Assembly (NCBI GenBank): GCA_040753815.1
Contig: JBFMDU010000021.1
Coordinates: 5,011 to 69,010, forward strand
Direction: 5' to 3'
DNA length: 64,000 bases
DNA from: Chloroflexota bacterium
Lineage (GTDB): Bacteria; Chloroflexota; Dehalococcoidia; GIF9; JBFMDU01
Shown in pieces: positions 1-7,488 of the stretch. A program made the translations under genes and the position numbers. The number at the start of each line of letters is the position of its first letter. Position 1 is the stretch's first letter. The notes beneath the pieces were generated by a model. It had not been told where the DNA came from and ran no database searches. It saw only the letters and a program-made list of their open reading frames with translations.

Positions 1-1176
1 ACTGGCGAGTGGGCGCGGGAGGTAGTTGCGACATCAAGGAAAGCGGCCGAAGAAGCAGTAGCCGGGGTCGGGGAGGCGGCGGCTTCGGCCCAGCGGTTCG
101 CCACGGAATCAGCCAGACTGACGCGGGAAGCGATAGGCCGTACCGAGGAGATAAGCCAATCGGTGCAGGAGGCATTCGAAGCATCGAAAAAGGCCATCGA
201 AGAGATGATGGTCAAGCTTGAGGAGAGGGCCAGGTTGAGTAAGGAGGCGGCTGAGGCGTTGGTAGCGGTGGCCAACGATGCCGCTGAGTCGGCGATTAAA
301 GTATCTAGGGAGTCTGCCACGGAATCGGCCAGGCTGTCCCGAGAGGCGATAAGTCAGGCGGAAGCGATAAGCAAATCTACCCAGGAGGCGTTCGAGACAT
401 CCAGGGAGACGCTCGAGGAAATGATAGCCGGACTTGATGAAAGAAGCCGGCAAAGCAAGGAGACGGCCGAGGCTCTGGCAAAAGCGGCTGGCGACGCCGC
501 GGAGCTGGCGGTGAAGACCGCCAAAGAGTCCGCTGACATCGCGGCTAAAGCATCTGAGGAGGCCCTGGCCAGGGTCGATGAAGAGACCGACTCGGTCTCC
601 AATGCCCTCGAGGCCTCAGTAGCCGCTGTCAAAAAGGCCGCTGATAAGGCGATTGAAACCCTCAAGGAAACTTCCGCAGAAGCGGCGAAAGTATCTCTGG
701 AGGCAGTCAATCGGGTACAGGAAGAAAGTGAACTGGCTAAGGACAACCTTCAGGCAGCAACAGCGGCGGTACAGAAGGCCGTTGAGGAATCACTGAAAGC
801 GGTGGCCGAGTCATCGGAGACAGCCCAGAGGGCCTCGCGTGAAGCAATCGCCCAGGTTGAAGAAGAAAGCCGGTCGGCCAGAGATGTTGCCAGAGCATCG
901 GCGAAGGCTGCCAGGGAATTTGCTGACACAGCGGGCAAGCGGGCCGGTGACGCAGTGGAAAGAGCGCTCAAGGTCTTTGCAGAAACGCTGGAAGCGGCAG
1001 GTAAGGCTGCCGAAGAAAGGGCTGCCCGAAAATCCCAGGCGCGGGGTGAAGAAGAGCCGGGTCAGGTTATGGAAGACTACCAGGGTAAGATTGCCGAGCG
1101 CCTGCAGGGCCTGGTGAAAATGCATACGACCAGTGCTACTAAAGGGACGGGTGCGAGGAAGAGCACCAGGAAGTGA
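1..1176 (+). CDS. Ala/Glu/Ser/Lys-rich repetitive alpha-helical (coiled-coil-like) protein, 5' end outside window
   Basis: Frame 1 has no stop from base 1 to TGA 1174-1176, so the ORF-track Met at 163 is internal. The translation is low-complexity A/E/K/S with a degenerate 72-aa (216-nt) repeat starting near nt 106 and 322 (ESARL[TS]REAI...QEAFE.S...EEM...ER.R.SKE.AEAL). No catalytic motif recognised. Confidence 0.6.
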   Translation, partial: TGEWAREVVATSRKAAEEAVAGVGEAAASAQRFATESARLTREAIGRTEEISQSVQEAFEASKKAIEEMMVKLEERARLSKEAAEALVAVANDAAESAIKVSRESATESARLSREAISQAEAISKSTQEAFETSRETLEEMIAGLDERSRQSKETAEALAKAAGDAAELAVKTAKESADIAAKASEEALARVDEETDSVSNALEASVAAVKKAADKAIETLKETSAEAAKVSLEAVNRVQEESELAKDNLQAATAAVQKAVEESLKAVAESSETAQRASREAIAQVEEESRSARDVARASAKAAREFADTAGKRAGDAVERALKVFAETLEAAGKAAEERAARKSQARGEEEPGQVMEDYQGKIAERLQGLVKMHTTSATKGTGARKSTRK

Positions 1177-1229
1177 GACCCACACTAATTTGAACACGTA
1201 CTGCAGTGGGTCTGGCCCGGGTTTCCAAA

Positions 1230-2438
1230 CTACAGCAATAGCGGGATGCGCCCGAAGGCCTCTTCGTCGGGTTTGCTATAGCTCGCTTTTCGCTTGCGCC
1301 GGGTCGTATCGCCCGCCATGTAGTCAATTGCCTTGCTGAAGAGCTCGGTGACCCGGCCGACATCGCCCAGTTCGGACAGAATCAGGCTTAGCTCCATGGC
1401 GCGTCCCCGTCTGGGGTAGTCGCCGCCTCTTATAGTGGCTTCCGGAGCCACCCGTTTCAGAGAGCCTCCAAGTTCCTTGAGCAGGGATATGTGCATCGCT
1501 TCCGGCGGCGCTGTTAAAAGATAACACGCTCTGACGGCTTCCTGCGGGTTGCAGTCGAGCGATAGCTCGTCCAGGGCCTCACTTACCAGCCTGACCCCCT
1601 TTTCGACTGTGGCTAACTGGCTGCCGACCGGGTGTTTCTCACCTAACCCCAGCCCGGGAAATAAGGCTCGTCCTCTCTCTCCAAGCAATTTCCGTTCTTT
1701 CCGGTCGGTGCCGCGGCCAACTACCGTCCACCCCGCCAGGCTCTGAATAATATCTCCGGCATCCAGGACCTTACCCCCGATGTTGGCGGGGCTTCTCTCC
1801 TCGCCGGCGCATAGCAGGTTATAAAAAGGGGCGACTACGGTTTCGTTAATCTGGTTCAGAGTATCCTCCGGTGATGCGTTATCCGTAAAGTATCTCTGGT
1901 TGTCAACCAGGAATACCGCATCAGCCGCCAGATAGACAGACTTGAGACAGGCGCTGGCGTTGTAAACGGTCACCGGCTTTTCAATTTCCTCTCTCACGAA
2001 AGGAAGAACAATAAGGTTGTATGCTGGTTTGTTGGGGCAGTGTTCCTTCAAAGACCGTGTTAGCGCCGGAATCAAGCCGGAACCGGTGCCGCCAGCGGCG
2101 GCGGCAATGAGCATGAAGGCATCCATTTCGCCGCTGCGCAGGGTCGGCTCCACGGCTTCGATAACGCGCTCGCTATCTTCTCTTGCAATCTCGGCGGCAA
2201 GTTCGTTGGTCTCTCCCGGCTCGCGGCTGAATACTTCGTTGTAACCGAGAATTATCCTTGGGAGTATCTCGTCCGCGGCAGGTGACAGGCCGTCAAAATC
2301 AGCCGCACTGGTGGTTACGACAAGAGAGTCCGTAACTATTTCTATATGGCGCTCCGCGCGCGCTTTTCTGCCAAGCGCTGCGAAATGCTCGGCAATTCTG
2401 CCGCCGCATAGACCACAGCCTATGACCAGTAGTTTCAC
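1230..2438 (-). CDS. FtsZ/tubulin-superfamily GTPase, divergent (CetZ/FtsZ-like), not a canonical FtsZ
   Basis: 402 aa with a GTG start. Motifs: MKLLVIGCGLCGGRIA (N-terminal G-box), AAGGTGSG signature (nt 2076-2093), NLIVLPFVREE (FtsZ T5/H5-like), VFLVDNQ (cf. FtsZ IVIPND) and KVLDAGDI (T7-like LDxxD). A basic linker ends in the C-terminal peptide EEAFGRIPLLL. Confidence 0.7.
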   Translation of the reverse strand: MKLLVIGCGLCGGRIAEHFAALGRKARAERHIEIVTDSLVVTTSAADFDGLSPAADEILPRIILGYNEVFSREPGETNELAAEIAREDSERVIEAVEPTLRSGEMDAFMLIAAAAGGTGSGLIPALTRSLKEHCPNKPAYNLIVLPFVREEIEKPVTVYNASACLKSVYLAADAVFLVDNQRYFTDNASPEDTLNQINETVVAPFYNLLCAGEERSPANIGGKVLDAGDIIQSLAGWTVVGRGTDRKERKLLGERGRALFPGLGLGEKHPVGSQLATVEKGVRLVSEALDELSLDCNPQEAVRACYLLTAPPEAMHISLLKELGGSLKRVAPEATIRGGDYPRRGRAMELSLILSELGDVGRVTELFSKAIDYMAGDTTRRKRKASYSKPDEEAFGRIPLLL

Positions 2439-2456
2439 AGCTCACCCGCGATGCCA

Positions 2457-2704
2457 GGCGGTTCTCGAAACACCAATGATGTTAACATAATTTTCGAAAG
2501 GGTTTAGCCCTTTCGAGCTTTTCCAAAGGCGGTCTTTGAGACGCCAATGATGTTAGCACAATTTTCGTAAAGGGCTACGGCCCTTCGTCTTCTCCGAAGG
2601 CAGTCATTGAAACACCAATGATGTTGGTATAATTTTCGCAAAGACCAAGGCCCTTTCGGGCTTTTCCAAGGGCAGTCATTGAAACACCAATGATGTTAGC
2701 ATAA
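2457..2704. repeat. Tandem repeat, about 3.5 copies of a 71-72-bp unit
   Basis: Copies start at 2457, 2528, 2599 and 2671. The conserved core is GAAACACCAATGATGTT[AG][AG]CA[TC]AATTTTCG. It is followed by a variable GC hairpin (e.g. CGAAAGGGtttaGCCCTTTCG) and a T-rich run. The array fills the whole gap between the tubulin-like start codon and the SDR stop codon. Confidence 0.85.
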
Positions 2705-2724
2705 CCGATAGAGTTATGGTATCG

Positions 2725-3546
2725 CTATTGGCGGCTCGTTTTGAGCTTGCCGGTAAGGCGGTACCAGGTTAACAATACCATCCCGCGTACCAGCCGCCAG
2801 CCGCTGATGACCGCGTAGCTCTTGCCCGTAATCTTGCCGGGTCCCCGGGCGGCGGCACGGGCGACCATTTTGCCTACCGCTTCCGCCGGGACCCCCAGCG
2901 CCTTAAAGACGTACTCAGTGCTTTTCGGTTGTCCCTCGGGCCGACCGGTCTTATAAAAGTCGGTCCGCACCATGCCGGGTGAGATGACATGTATCGAGAC
3001 CGGGTGCCTGCGGTTTTCCTTGGCGAGGCTCCGCGTCAGGCTGACGACCGCCGACTTGGTCGAGGCGTAGGTGGCCATCATCGGGCTGGCGTCGCCTTTG
3101 CCGCCCTTGCCGCTCATGTTGAAGAGAGTCCCGCCCCCTTGCTTGATAAAGTAGGGGATGACCATGCGGCAGGCTTTGAGCAGTCCGGCATAGTTGATGG
3201 CGATGATGCGGTCGATTTCCGGCTCGCTCAGCGCCGGCAGTGGCCGAAAGCCTCCGGAAACCCCGGCGTTGTTGACCCAGATGTCTACTTTGCCCCACGT
3301 CTGAACAGCGTGCTGGAGCAGGGAATCGAGGTCTCTGGAGACCGAAACGTCACAACGGATACCGGACGCGGCTAGCCCCTGGTCATTGAGTTCGGCTACG
3401 GCTTTGACGACATCGGCTTCACTGCGCGAGCAGATGACGACCCTGGCGCCGTCTCTAGCCAGAGCTTCGGCAATGGCCCGGCCGATGCCCTTGGTCGAGC
3501 CGGTGACGACGGCGGTCTTGCTTTCCAGTGGCCTTGTACTACTCAT
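2725..3546 (-). CDS. Short-chain dehydrogenase/reductase (SDR) family oxidoreductase
   Basis: Motifs TGSTKGIGRAIA (TGxxxGIG), NNAG and YASTKSAV (YxxxK). I moved the start to ATG 3546, which has GGGAG 9 nt upstream. The ORF-track start at 3582 has no SD, so the alternative span is 2725-3582. Confidence 0.85.
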   Translation of the reverse strand: MSSTRPLESKTAVVTGSTKGIGRAIAEALARDGARVVICSRSEADVVKAVAELNDQGLAASGIRCDVSVSRDLDSLLQHAVQTWGKVDIWVNNAGVSGGFRPLPALSEPEIDRIIAINYAGLLKACRMVIPYFIKQGGGTLFNMSGKGGKGDASPMMATYASTKSAVVSLTRSLAKENRRHPVSIHVISPGMVRTDFYKTGRPEGQPKSTEYVFKALGVPAEAVGKMVARAAARGPGKITGKSYAVISGWRLVRGMVLLTWYRLTGKLKTSRQ

Positions 3547-3605
3547 GCTGGTCTTCTCCCTGATGGTAGCCGTAAGTGTCATTTCGAAAGGAGCGCTTTT
3601 TCTTA

Positions 3606-3699
3606 TGTCATTCCGAAGAAGCGGAGCGATTGAGGAATCTGGCGGTGGGGTGGAATTAACCCGGCCCCGCTAGATTTCTCACTGTCGTGCGAAATGGCA
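3606..3699. repeat. Palindromic intergenic repeat element (inverted pair of a ~35-nt unit)
   Basis: TGTCATTCCGAAGAAGCGGAGCGATTGAGGAATCTGG (3606-3642) faces a degenerate inverted copy, GCTAGATTTCTCACTGTCGTGCGAAATGGCA (3669-3699). Related units recur at 38248-38380. Confidence 0.6.
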
Positions 3700-3702
3700 G
3701 AG

Positions 3703-4830
3703 TTAGGTTTCATCGAGGCTGTTGAAAATCCTGAATGCCGGCAGGCCAAGCTCTTTCTTATACTCATGCCAGAACTTCACCCATTCGGCATTCTCCGGCG
3801 ATATCTGCATCTGTCTGGAATCAGCGGCTTCAACCGCTTTCTGGTAAGCCTCGCAATAGCGCTCTACCAGGGCGTTATTAGCCTGATTACGGCGCTCGTG
3901 GGCGTCAGTCCAGAGGTTCTTGTCTCTGAGGTAGGTGATCAGACCGTCATGGACCGGGATGTAAGTGAAGCTCAGTCCCCTTGCCAGCGTTTCGAGGTTG
4001 CGGGACTGGTTGTCCGGGTGAAGGTCTTTGTAGCGCGGATAGTTGGCGTCAAGCCATTTAACAAAGTTGTAAACGAAGTTGACGGAGTGCTCGCGGCGTC
4101 CGACCAGGTAGTTGATGCCCTCGGTGAGCCATTTACCGGTCGAAGATGCCGGACTGTTTGCCGGCATCGGGCCGAAGTTAATCAGCGGATAGAGCTTCTT
4201 GAAGCGCTTGGCCCCTTCGGGGTCTTTGTCCCAGTTGAGTTCAATCCAGTCGATGCCCTGCGGTGATTTGGCGGCTTCCAGTACCGGCGCTGACGACGGC
4301 ACGCCGAATGACAGGTCAATCTTTCCGGCCAGGATGCCTTCGGCGGCCTCTTTGGTGCTCTTCACCGGCACCCAGGTCACGTCGTTCATGCCAAGTCCGG
4401 CCCAGGAAAGCAGGGCTTCGACGATGCGGATACTGCTGAGGAAGGGCCGCATGTCGGCGATTCGGGTGCCGGGCTTGATGTCCTTGGGGGTACGGATTGT
4501 GGAACCGGCCCGGACGTAGAAACCAGATGCCGAGCGCGACCACGACCAGACTATCCGCACCGGGAACGGGCCGGAGTCACGGTAGACGAATTCCTTGTTG
4601 CCGGCGAGCATCTGGCTGGTCTCGTTGCCGAAGCCGGCGGTGAAGTCAAAGGTGCCGTACTTTACGCCCTGGAAGCGCTTGACGACGTCGTTGTCGGATA
4701 CGATGTTGATTTTGACGCCGGTGTCTGCGGAGAAGACTGACGTCCAGGTCTTGACCGACTCGGCGGCGCCCGGCCAGACGATGAAAGACAACTGCTCGGG
4801 CCATTGAAAACTGGTGTTTGGGTTTTGCAT
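3703..4830 (-). CDS. Periplasmic-binding-protein-like (TAXI/NMT1-type) solute-binding protein homolog
   Basis: 375 aa with a type-2 PBP-like pattern (IRTPKDIKPGTRIADM..., EALLSWAGLGMNDVTWVPV, ILAGKIDLSFG). I see no signal peptide or lipobox at the N-terminus. Family assignment is from pattern only. Confidence 0.5.
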   Translation of the reverse strand: MQNPNTSFQWPEQLSFIVWPGAAESVKTWTSVFSADTGVKINIVSDNDVVKRFQGVKYGTFDFTAGFGNETSQMLAGNKEFVYRDSGPFPVRIVWSWSRSASGFYVRAGSTIRTPKDIKPGTRIADMRPFLSSIRIVEALLSWAGLGMNDVTWVPVKSTKEAAEGILAGKIDLSFGVPSSAPVLEAAKSPQGIDWIELNWDKDPEGAKRFKKLYPLINFGPMPANSPASSTGKWLTEGINYLVGRREHSVNFVYNFVKWLDANYPRYKDLHPDNQSRNLETLARGLSFTYIPVHDGLITYLRDKNLWTDAHERRNQANNALVERYCEAYQKAVEAADSRQMQISPENAEWVKFWHEYKKELGLPAFRIFNSLDET

Positions 4831-4953
4831 TCGGGGTCTCCTTCTTATGGTGTTGGGTTCTCCACCATGCCGTGTGTCTCGTCATCGGCCGGTCCGATGC
4901 AGCGGAGTGTTTTGGGTGACCTATTATACTATTCCCGCCGCCTGTTGCAGAAA

Positions 4954-5697
4954 CTAAAACAGCTCTTTAATGTTACGCATTTGATCCTTACCCGCATTTA
5001 GCCTTTCGTCTTTGGCTACGTCATAATCATCAAATAAGCGGTCATACGTGACTATTTGTAGGCGCGGGTTCTGCGTGCAGATCTCTATTCGCCGACGATT
5101 GTCTGCGGAAGACATTGTTGCACGTCTACCTATGACTATAAAATAGTTGCATGGTCTCCGCAAAGAGCCATCTCTCTCGTAATCGCTCGAAAAGAATCCC
5201 AGTGCTGTAAGGCTATCTTCAGCTAACTTTGCTAGTTCAATTGATGCATACTGCGAATGATCCGTCATCCAAGATTGCCAGTCCAGAACTTGGCGTATTG
5301 AGTGCGTTAGTTTTTCAGTAGGATCACCTGCTTTTGTAAAAAGCAGTACATCCGCCCTTTCTATTTCAACGAAGGTCCACCACAAGCCCATGGAGTTCGC
5401 GTTACAAAAAGCAAAATCAACTTCATATTCTGCTCCTAGTGCCACTTTTGAATATAGTGCGGAACGAGTTGAGGCAGCTGGATAAAAACCGTCCAGCATC
5501 GCGTGCAACAATAACACCGGATGCCTCTCCAAAAATGCCTGAATTAGTGCTTCTTTCGGTTTAGCCTCTATCAAGTTTTTGAATGTTTGCCTGTCTTTTC
5601 CATATTTCTTCAATAGCAGGTTCGTACGCCCAACAGGATATGATTCATTGTCAACTCTTATGGCTAACTTTCTTAGGAGATCAACTTTCTTCTGCAT
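4954..5697 (-). CDS. DUF4263 / Shedu (SduA)-like PD-(D/E)xK nuclease-fold protein candidate
   Basis: 247 aa in a low-GC stretch. EALIQAFLERHPVLL ... YEVDFAF ... WTFVEIERADVLLFTK ... LTHSIRQVLDWQSW matches my memory of the DUF4263 pattern (E..lq.FLe.nPwll ... pDf ... vEiK ... Qv..Y..w). Confidence 0.55.
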   Translation of the reverse strand: MQKKVDLLRKLAIRVDNESYPVGRTNLLLKKYGKDRQTFKNLIEAKPKEALIQAFLERHPVLLLHAMLDGFYPAASTRSALYSKVALGAEYEVDFAFCNANSMGLWWTFVEIERADVLLFTKAGDPTEKLTHSIRQVLDWQSWMTDHSQYASIELAKLAEDSLTALGFFSSDYERDGSLRRPCNYFIVIGRRATMSSADNRRRIEICTQNPRLQIVTYDRLFDDYDVAKDERLNAGKDQMRNIKELF

Positions 5698-5934
5698 AAT
5701 CCACCCTCCGGCTAGGCGTATTCGCTAGCCTGTCACTTTAATTTCAGAATTTGACTCAATACCCTCTGCACCGGTTCCAGATTGAAAGACATTCCATCAC
5801 CCATTTTTTCAACCTCACTTTCCAAGCGGGATTATAGCATTCTTAAATGTAAGTACTGTGGCCTGACACTATCCTGTCGGAGTGCATTAAAGCGGCTATT
5901 GACTTTGTCGAATCGCTGAGAGACGTGGTGTCAG

Positions 5935-7062
5935 CTACGCGACGGAGTTCTCGGAATAGAAATCGTGGAACTTCTTAAGATTAGCCAGGGCCTGCCGACG
6001 GCGCTGACTGGAGCTTTCATCATGCGGCTGCGCCATGATACTGCTGTCGAGCCGGGTGTTGGGCGGGTAGATGGTGCGGTTGTAGTAGGGTGCATACAGT
6101 TCGGTGCGGGTATTGGCAAGGAAGTTACCGCCCTGACCGAAGGGGTTGGGTCGCCGCCACTGCTCGCGCTCCCGTCGCAGGGACATGACATCCACCGTGC
6201 CGAGCACCACCTGTGGAGTGTGTCCTTCCGCCTGGACGATGAAGTTGCCGTTGTAATCGATGATACAGCTCTGGCCGCCGCCGCGGCTGTTGGTAAAAGT
6301 AATTGGCGTACCGCCGAAGTTCCGTTCACTGACCGTCATCGAGCCCCAGTTCTCGTGAACGATATAAATAGTGTTGTCTACGGCACGGGCGCGGAGCAGG
6401 TTGATGGCCATCTCCCAGGAGTATCCGGAGGAAAGATGGAGCAGTACCTCGCATCCCTTCAGAGCATAGATACGCGGGATCTCAGGCATGCCCAGGTCGC
6501 CGCAGATGAAACAGCCGAGCCGGCCGATTTCGGTATCCACTACGGGGAAATAGTCTTTATTGCCGGTGATGGGGTTGACATAGCTATCCATGATGTCATG
6601 GGGGTTGAGGCCGAAGGCGATATTCATCTTGCGGTACTTGAGGATGATTTTACCCTTCGGGTTAATGATAAAGGCGGTATTGAAGAAGTTGTCCGGGTAA
6701 ACCGGGTCGTTCTCGGTATTCACCGCGGCGATGTAGATTTTGTACTGCTTCGCTTTAGCGGCCAGGGCTTCGGTCTCCGGGCCCGGGATGGAGATAGCCT
6801 GGTGCTTCTTGACCTCTTCGGTGGAATCCTGGAAGGAGTAGTGGCCGCCGATGCTGAACTCCGGGAAACAGAAAAGGCGTACCTGGCTTGGCAGGACCGC
6901 CGTCTGGAAGATGTGGTCGATGTAGTCGCACATAAGCTGGACGTTCCGCTGGCGGTGGTCCTTTTTGAAAGAGCCATCAAGATTGCGCGGGTTGAGGTCC
7001 CAGTTAGCCTGCACACAGCAGATACCGTAAGGCGGAATAGTCTTCGTGGTTTCTGAAGACAT
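5935..7062 (-). CDS. Nitrilase-superfamily carbon-nitrogen hydrolase (aliphatic amidase/formamidase-like)
   Basis: Glu-Lys-Cys triad contexts are present: CFPEFS, KYRKMN and CFICGD. I moved the start to ATG 7062, which has AGGAGG 6 nt upstream. The ORF-track TTG at 7179 adds an unsupported 39 aa. Confidence 0.8.
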   Translation of the reverse strand: MSSETTKTIPPYGICCVQANWDLNPRNLDGSFKKDHRQRNVQLMCDYIDHIFQTAVLPSQVRLFCFPEFSIGGHYSFQDSTEEVKKHQAISIPGPETEALAAKAKQYKIYIAAVNTENDPVYPDNFFNTAFIINPKGKIILKYRKMNIAFGLNPHDIMDSYVNPITGNKDYFPVVDTEIGRLGCFICGDLGMPEIPRIYALKGCEVLLHLSSGYSWEMAINLLRARAVDNTIYIVHENWGSMTVSERNFGGTPITFTNSRGGGQSCIIDYNGNFIVQAEGHTPQVVLGTVDVMSLRREREQWRRPNPFGQGGNFLANTRTELYAPYYNRTIYPPNTRLDSSIMAQPHDESSSQRRRQALANLKKFHDFYSENSVA

Positions 7063-7225
7063 GGCGTGCCTCCTGAGCAGTTCGTTCTGGTGTGTGGTGG
7101 GGTGGAGAACACGGCCATTATAACAGCCATCGCCGCTGGCGTTAAAATGCGGAGATCCCCAAGCATTGGAGAACTTCAATTGAGGGTGATACTGTTTGCT
7201 GTGGAAGACCAGGGAACTTGCCTTA

Positions 7226-7301
7226 TGGTGGGCGGTACAGGACTTGGACCTGTGACCTCCTGTGTGTAAGACAGGCGCTCTAACCGCTGAGCTAACCGCC
7301 C
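7226..7301 (-). tRNA. tRNA-Val (anticodon TAC)
   Basis: The reverse complement folds as a 76-nt cloverleaf: acceptor GGGCGGT/ACCGCCC, D arm GCTC/GAGC, anticodon stem CCTGT/ACAGG with loop CTTACAC, T arm ACAGG-TCCAAGT-CCTGT, and an encoded CCA. Confidence 0.9.
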
Positions 7302-7488
7302 CCGGCCAAAGCTATTTTAGTGACAAAACCCAGCTTTGTAAAATTAACGATTAGAGCGGCTCCGAGAATGGAATGTATCTTTGATACCTGCGGTTTGCCG
7401 TGGAAGGCTAATGCCGTTAGACTATAACCACAATCTTACGGACCGATGAGTTTCTGGCGCTTTTAATATTCCGTGAAAGGAGATAGAC

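Noticed and set aside
1177-1212. GACCCAC...GTGGGTC hairpin between the convergent coiled-coil and tubulin-like genes as a terminator
   Set aside because: The stem is only 7 bp with a 22-nt loop and no T-tract. It is mentioned in the findings but is too weak to list as a terminator feature.
2457-2704. Possibility that the tandem repeat is a small CRISPR array
   Set aside because: The whole 71-72-nt unit is conserved, including the segments that would have to be spacers. There is no alternation of identical repeats with unique spacers, and no cas genes lie nearby.
5965-7056. 363-aa ORF on the plus strand
   Set aside because: It is the mirror frame of the amidase gene 5935-7062. The amidase frame carries the Glu-Lys-Cys motifs and a close paralog elsewhere in the window, while this frame has no motifs.
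7063-7179. N-terminal extensions given by the ORF track (also 12473-12535, 19484-19537, 43432-43545, 42311-42355, 3547-3582, 9348-9365)
   Set aside because: In each case an internal start has a good SD and aligns with the conserved N-terminus of the family. The extended version lacks an SD or overlaps the upstream gene.
7226-7301. tRNA-Val, and the tRNA-Leu/Arg pair at 30205-30371, as integration sites of mobile elements
   Set aside because: No integrase, recombinase, direct repeat of the tRNA 3' end or phage/plasmid genes are visible next to any of the three tRNAs. The low-GC islets are not adjacent to them.
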